This document shows, in pieces, positions 59,285 through 64,000 of a stretch of DNA of 64,000 nt. The stretch lies in assembly GCA_043228905.1 (NCBI GenBank), contig JBHGNT010000021.1, positions 11,780,001-11,844,000 on the forward strand, given 5' to 3'. The notes under the pieces are model-generated. The model searched no databases. It saw only the letters and a list, made by a program, of their open reading frames with translations, and had not been told where the DNA came from. A program made the translations under genes and the position numbers. Position 1 is the first letter of the stretch, and each line of letters starts with the position of its first letter. This stretch comes from Azolla caroliniana. Lineage: Eukaryota; Plantae; Polypodiophyta.

Positions 59285-62200
59285 TGTTGGGAATAAAGGG
59301 CCATCGTGCCTTCTATTAGTGCACGAGTGTGAACGCACTCATAGCACACTTTTGACTTGTATATACATAACATCTAAAAAACCAAAAAAGAGGTACACTC
59401 TTTGTACTTAAGACAGCATGCATCTCTCTCTCACTCAGACTCTCCCTCTATTTTTGACCTAAACCCTAATCCTCGTGCTGCCTTCAAACTGGTATCAGAG
59501 CAGAGTTTAGGGTTTCTGTAGAGCAGGTCCCGTTTTTTGCAGTGCAGGTTTGGTCCTCCATTTGGGCTAAGAAATCATGACTAGCAACAGTGAAAGTAGC
59601 CACCTTATGCACATCAAGAAGCTTGAGGGTGCACATAACTTTGCGGTTTGGAAAAAGCAATACTACAACATCCTGTTGCAAAAGAAGCATGCAAAGCCTA
59701 TAAAAGTCAAAGGGATAAAGCCTACAAATACGGACCAAGATGATTGGCAAGAGTTGAACGAGCTTGCACGCTCGACTATTGAGTTGTCAATCTTTGATGC
59801 CTTGCTTTTTAATATCGAAGGTTTGGACTCTGCCTATTCTATATGGACTAGACTAGAGGAACTGTATGCCCAAAAGACGACAACTAGCAAAGTTTATTGG
59901 CTTAAGAAACTTATGGATTTGCGTATGACAGAGGGCACACCCATGTAACTCACCTGAGTAAGTTCAATTCCATTTTCAGCCAACTGGTTGCCTTGAAATT
60001 CATCATTGATGATGAGTTTAAGGCCACATTTTTACTTTGCACCTTGCCAAAAAGTTGGGATACTTTCAGGACTACTATGAGCAATTCAAATGCGATGCTT
60101 CTTTATGCCGATGTAGAGCGTTCTCTACTCATGGAAGAGATGAGTCGGCAAAATAATGCATCCAATAAGTCCTCTAGTGCGTTGCATGAGGGGTTGGTCA
60201 CAACAAAGAGGCAAACCTAATAGTTATGGCCGTAGTAAATCATGTGGTAAAGATGTAGAATGCCATCACTGTGGCAAAAAGGGTCACTTTAAACGTGATT
60301 GTTTCAAATGGAAGAAAGAGAAAGGAAAGGGCAAGAAGATAGATGATTTCATTGAAGAAAATGAGAGACATTCAACCAAGGAAAGGCAATACTAAAATTG
60401 AAGAGGTGAATGTTGTCACTCATGATAGTGATAGTGGAAATGATGTACTCTTTGTTTCATCATGCCATAGAGAACATGCTTTACTTGCAGATACGGATGG
60501 TGACATGCACACTTGGATACTCGATTCCAGTGCTTCTTTTCACGTCACCCCTCATCATGAGTGGTTTTCAGATTACACAGGGGGTCGACATGGTGTTGTC
60601 CATCTTGGGGAAAACTATGCATGTGCAATTACAGTTTCAGCATGGTTTTGCTTTCACACTTCAGCATGTACGGCATGTACCTCAGGTCAAGAAGAGCTTG
60701 ATTAGCACAGGACAGCTAGATGATGATGGATTTCACACAACCTTTGGTGATGGGAAATGGAAGATTTGTAAGGGATCTAGAGTTATTGCCAAGGGTAGTA
60801 AAAGTGATACTTGGTATCCTCTTCATGTATCTAGTGTGAGTGATCATGTTGTTTCCATAACCGAGCAGCCTAGTGTTTCTTTGTGGCATGGCCAGTTGGG
60901 ACACATGAGTGAATCTGGTATGAAAGTATTGTCTCGTTTGGGTTACTTGCCATATCTTCGTTATGCTGATTTTGAACATTGTGATCATTGCATTTATGGT
61001 AAACATGTACAAACATCTCATAAAAAGTCTCTTTCGCTGAAGTCGCCCCCGCTTGAGTTAGTACATTCAGATGTATGTCAGATGCCAAGGCTATCATTAG
61101 GAGGAAAGAAATACTTAGTCACTTTTGTCGATGATGCTACACGGAAGGTATGGGTTTACCCTATTCGTAGCAAGGATGAAGTGCTCAACAAGTTTCGAAC
61201 ATTTTTGGCATTAGTTGAGAATCAAATTGATAAGACACTTGAGTGTCTTCGCTTTGACAATGGTGGGGAATATGTGTCCAAGGCTTTTCAAGCATTTTGT
61301 GACAGCAAAGGGATAAAGAGGGAACTCACTGCCCCTTATAATCCACCCCAAAATGGAGTTGCAGAGCATATGAATCGGACTATTCAAGATAAGGTCCATA
61401 CTATGTTGTCTCATGGTGCATTACCCCATGGTTTTTGGGCAGAGGCTGTTATGACAGCTATTCACTTGATTAATCGGTCACCTAACAGGTCTTTGGGAGG
61501 GGGAATACCCCAAGAAGTGTGGTCAGGCAAGCCACCTTCATATGCTCACTTGAGAGTGTTTGGCTGTGAGGCTTTTGTGCACATTCGTAAAGAAGAACGC
61601 AACAAACTTGAGCCAAAGTCCTGCAAATGTATTTTCCTAGGATACGGTGACGAGGGTGAAATGGGGTATAGATTGTGGGATCCCGAGAAAAGAAAAATAG
61701 TACGCAGCAATGATGTTATCTTCCGGTAAAATTGCATGCATAAACAACCCGAAAAGACTGAGGAAGTGCGTAGGGTTGTATTCTGAGAAGAAATACCTTT
61801 TAGACAGGAAAATGTGCCCACTGTACAGCAGCAAACATCTGTTGTAAACTTACCTGCAAATGCAGAAAATGAGGTTGGAAATGATCAGCCAGCCTTTGCC
61901 AATAATGATGAGCCCCCAAATGTGCAGGAACAGCTAGAACAGCAAGCTGTGAATGCTGATTTGCAGGCTGAAATGCCTGGACTGCAAATTGAAAATGATG
62001 ATTTGCAGGCTCAACAGCTACCAAACAATGAGCATTGGGTTAGGAAATCGTCTAGAGTTACTAGACAGCCTGACAGATTTGTTCCTGATGCAAATAGTGT
62101 GGATGATTATGTCATTGCGACTGATTGTGGCGAACCGTCTTGCTTCAAGGAAGCAATGGACAGACAAGACAACAAGAAATGGTATAACGCCATGTTGTCA

Positions 62201-63963
62201 GAGATGGAATCTCTTGAGAAAAATGACACTTGGAATTTGGTGCAGTTGCCTAAAGGTAAGAAAACACTTCCATGCAAATGGGTTTATAAAATGAAGGTCA
62301 TTTCTGATTCCTCGCCAAAGTACAAAGCAAGATTGGTTGCAAAAGGATACAAGCAGGAATATGGAGTTGATTTTGATGAGATCTTCTCGCCAGTAGTCAA
62401 GATGACTACATTAAGAATCATTTTGGGCTTCGTTGCAGCTGAAGATATGGAGCTCATACAGATGGATGTGAAGATCGCCTTTTTACATGGCGATCTGCAT
62501 GAAGACATATATATGCAGCAGCCTGAAGGTTTTGTGGCTAAAGGCAAAGAGAAGATGGTTTGTAAGCTCAAAAGGAGTTTCTATGGGTTGAAACAAGCAC
62601 CAAGAGAATGGTATCATAAATTTGATGCATTTATGCAGTCTCAAGGTTTTCGTAGAAGTCAAGTGGACCACTGCTTGTACACCACGAAGGCAGGAGATGG
62701 CAGCCTGATTATCTTGGTTTTGTATGTTGATGATATGTTGATTTCTAGCAAGGATATTCATGCCTTAGATTCATTGAAGCAAAGCCTTCATGGCAGCTTT
62801 GTTATGAAGGATCTTGGTGATGCAAATCACATCCTTAGCATGCGAATACTCCGAAACCGATCAAAAGGGGTACTCTTTCTATCTCAGCAGGAGTATATCT
62901 CTAAGGTTTTGCAGTGTTTCAATATGGAGGGGGAGAAAACAATTGGGGTTCCATTGCCTCCATATTTGAAACTCAGTGCAGAAGACAGCCCTACTACATC
63001 TGATGATGAGAAGGCTGAAATGGCTAAGGTTCCATATGCTTCTGCCGTTGGAAGTTTGATATATGTGATGGTTGCTACACGCCCTGATATTGCCTTTGCA
63101 GTGGGAGTGGTTAGTAGGTACATGGCAAATCCTGGCAAAAAGCATTGGGAAGCGGTGAAAGGTATTATGAGATACCTCAAAGGCACAAAGGACTTGGGCA
63201 TTTCCTTTGGAAAGCAAAAGGCATCTATCGTTAGTTTTACGGATGCGGACTATGCGGGACACGCAGACTGCAGGAAGTCTACTTCTGGGTATGTGTTTAC
63301 TTTCACAAGAGGAGCAGTCTCTTGGATCTCCAGACTACAGAAGTGTGTTGCATTGTCTACTACAGAGGCAGAGTATGTTGCTGCCACTGAGGCATGCAAA
63401 GAGGCTTTATGGCTTTCATATCTAGTGAGAGATCTTGGCATTACAGAGTTACCTATTCTTCATTGTGACAGCCAGAGTGCTATCATGCTAGCTCGGAAAC
63501 CAGTCTTTCATGCAAAGACGAGGCACATAGAGGTGAAGTATCACTTCATCAGAGATGTACTTGACAGCAAGAACATTGAGCTTGTCAAAGTACATACAAA
63601 TAATAATCCTGAAGATCTTCTCACGAAGGGTCTTCCAGCTGAGCGATTTGCTCATTGCCGACAGATGATGGGAGTTGGATAGATGTATGTAGTTCAGCTT
63701 TGTACATACTTGGACTTATCTGATTTTCTTTTTTTTTCTCTCATGGCACATTGCCTTTAGGTGGGAGGTTGTTGGGAATAAAAGGCAATCATGCCTTTTA
63801 TTAGTGCACAAGTGTGAACGCACTCGTAGCACACTTTTGACTTGTATATACATAATATCTAAAAAACCAAAAAAGAGGTACACTCTTTGTACCCAAGACA
63901 GCGTGCATCTCTCTCTCTCCCTCTCTATTTTTGACCTAAACCCTAATCCTCGTGCTGCCTTCA
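59285..63963 (+). mobile_element. Full-length Tork/Tnt1-like Ty1/Copia element D (LTRs 59285-59486 and 63770-63963), TSD TCCAT
   Basis: Short paired LTRs; TCCAT on both sides; PBS TGGTATCAGAGC at 59490; PPT at 63759-63769. Confidence 0.95.
59577..63682 (+). pseudogene. Copia gag-pol of element D with a few frameshifts and stops
   Basis: CHHCGKKGHFKRDC, WILDSSASFH, VHSDV, DNGGEY, YVDDM, FTDADYAG, RHIEVKYHF. Confidence 0.93.
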
Positions 63964-64000
63964 TCCATTACTTATTAGGTATGGAGGACTATCAATCACA

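Larger units (their letters stand above)
58870..64000 (+). pseudogene. Old Copia RT fragment (58870-59284 and 63969-64000), split by element D
   Basis: LYGLKQSPKAWY; MTDLGRL|HYLLGME is rejoined across the insertion. Confidence 0.75.

Overview
Plant-type (by inference fern or other non-seed-plant) heterochromatic DNA made almost entirely of nested LTR retrotransposons. Four groups are visible. (A) A GC-rich Ty3/Gypsy non-chromovirus family with a tRNA-Trp PBS (seven copies, solo LTRs or remnants). It makes 4-bp target-site duplications almost always centred on CpG and has a conserved -1 frameshift signal after the protease. (B) An Athila/Tat-like Ty3/Gypsy family with a tRNA-Arg PBS and an extra 3' ORF. 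One copy (20015-29360) is intact with apparently identical LTRs. In place of a polypurine tract, two diverged copies carry the same covarying 42-nt stem-loop with a tRNA-like end, the most unusual feature of the window. (C) Several nested, decayed Ty1/Copia elements, plus one full-length Tork/Tnt1-like Copia. (D) A deleted chromodomain-bearing chromovirus. One probable host exon lies at 58352-58740 on the minus strand. All calls were made by eye; no database search or folding was run.
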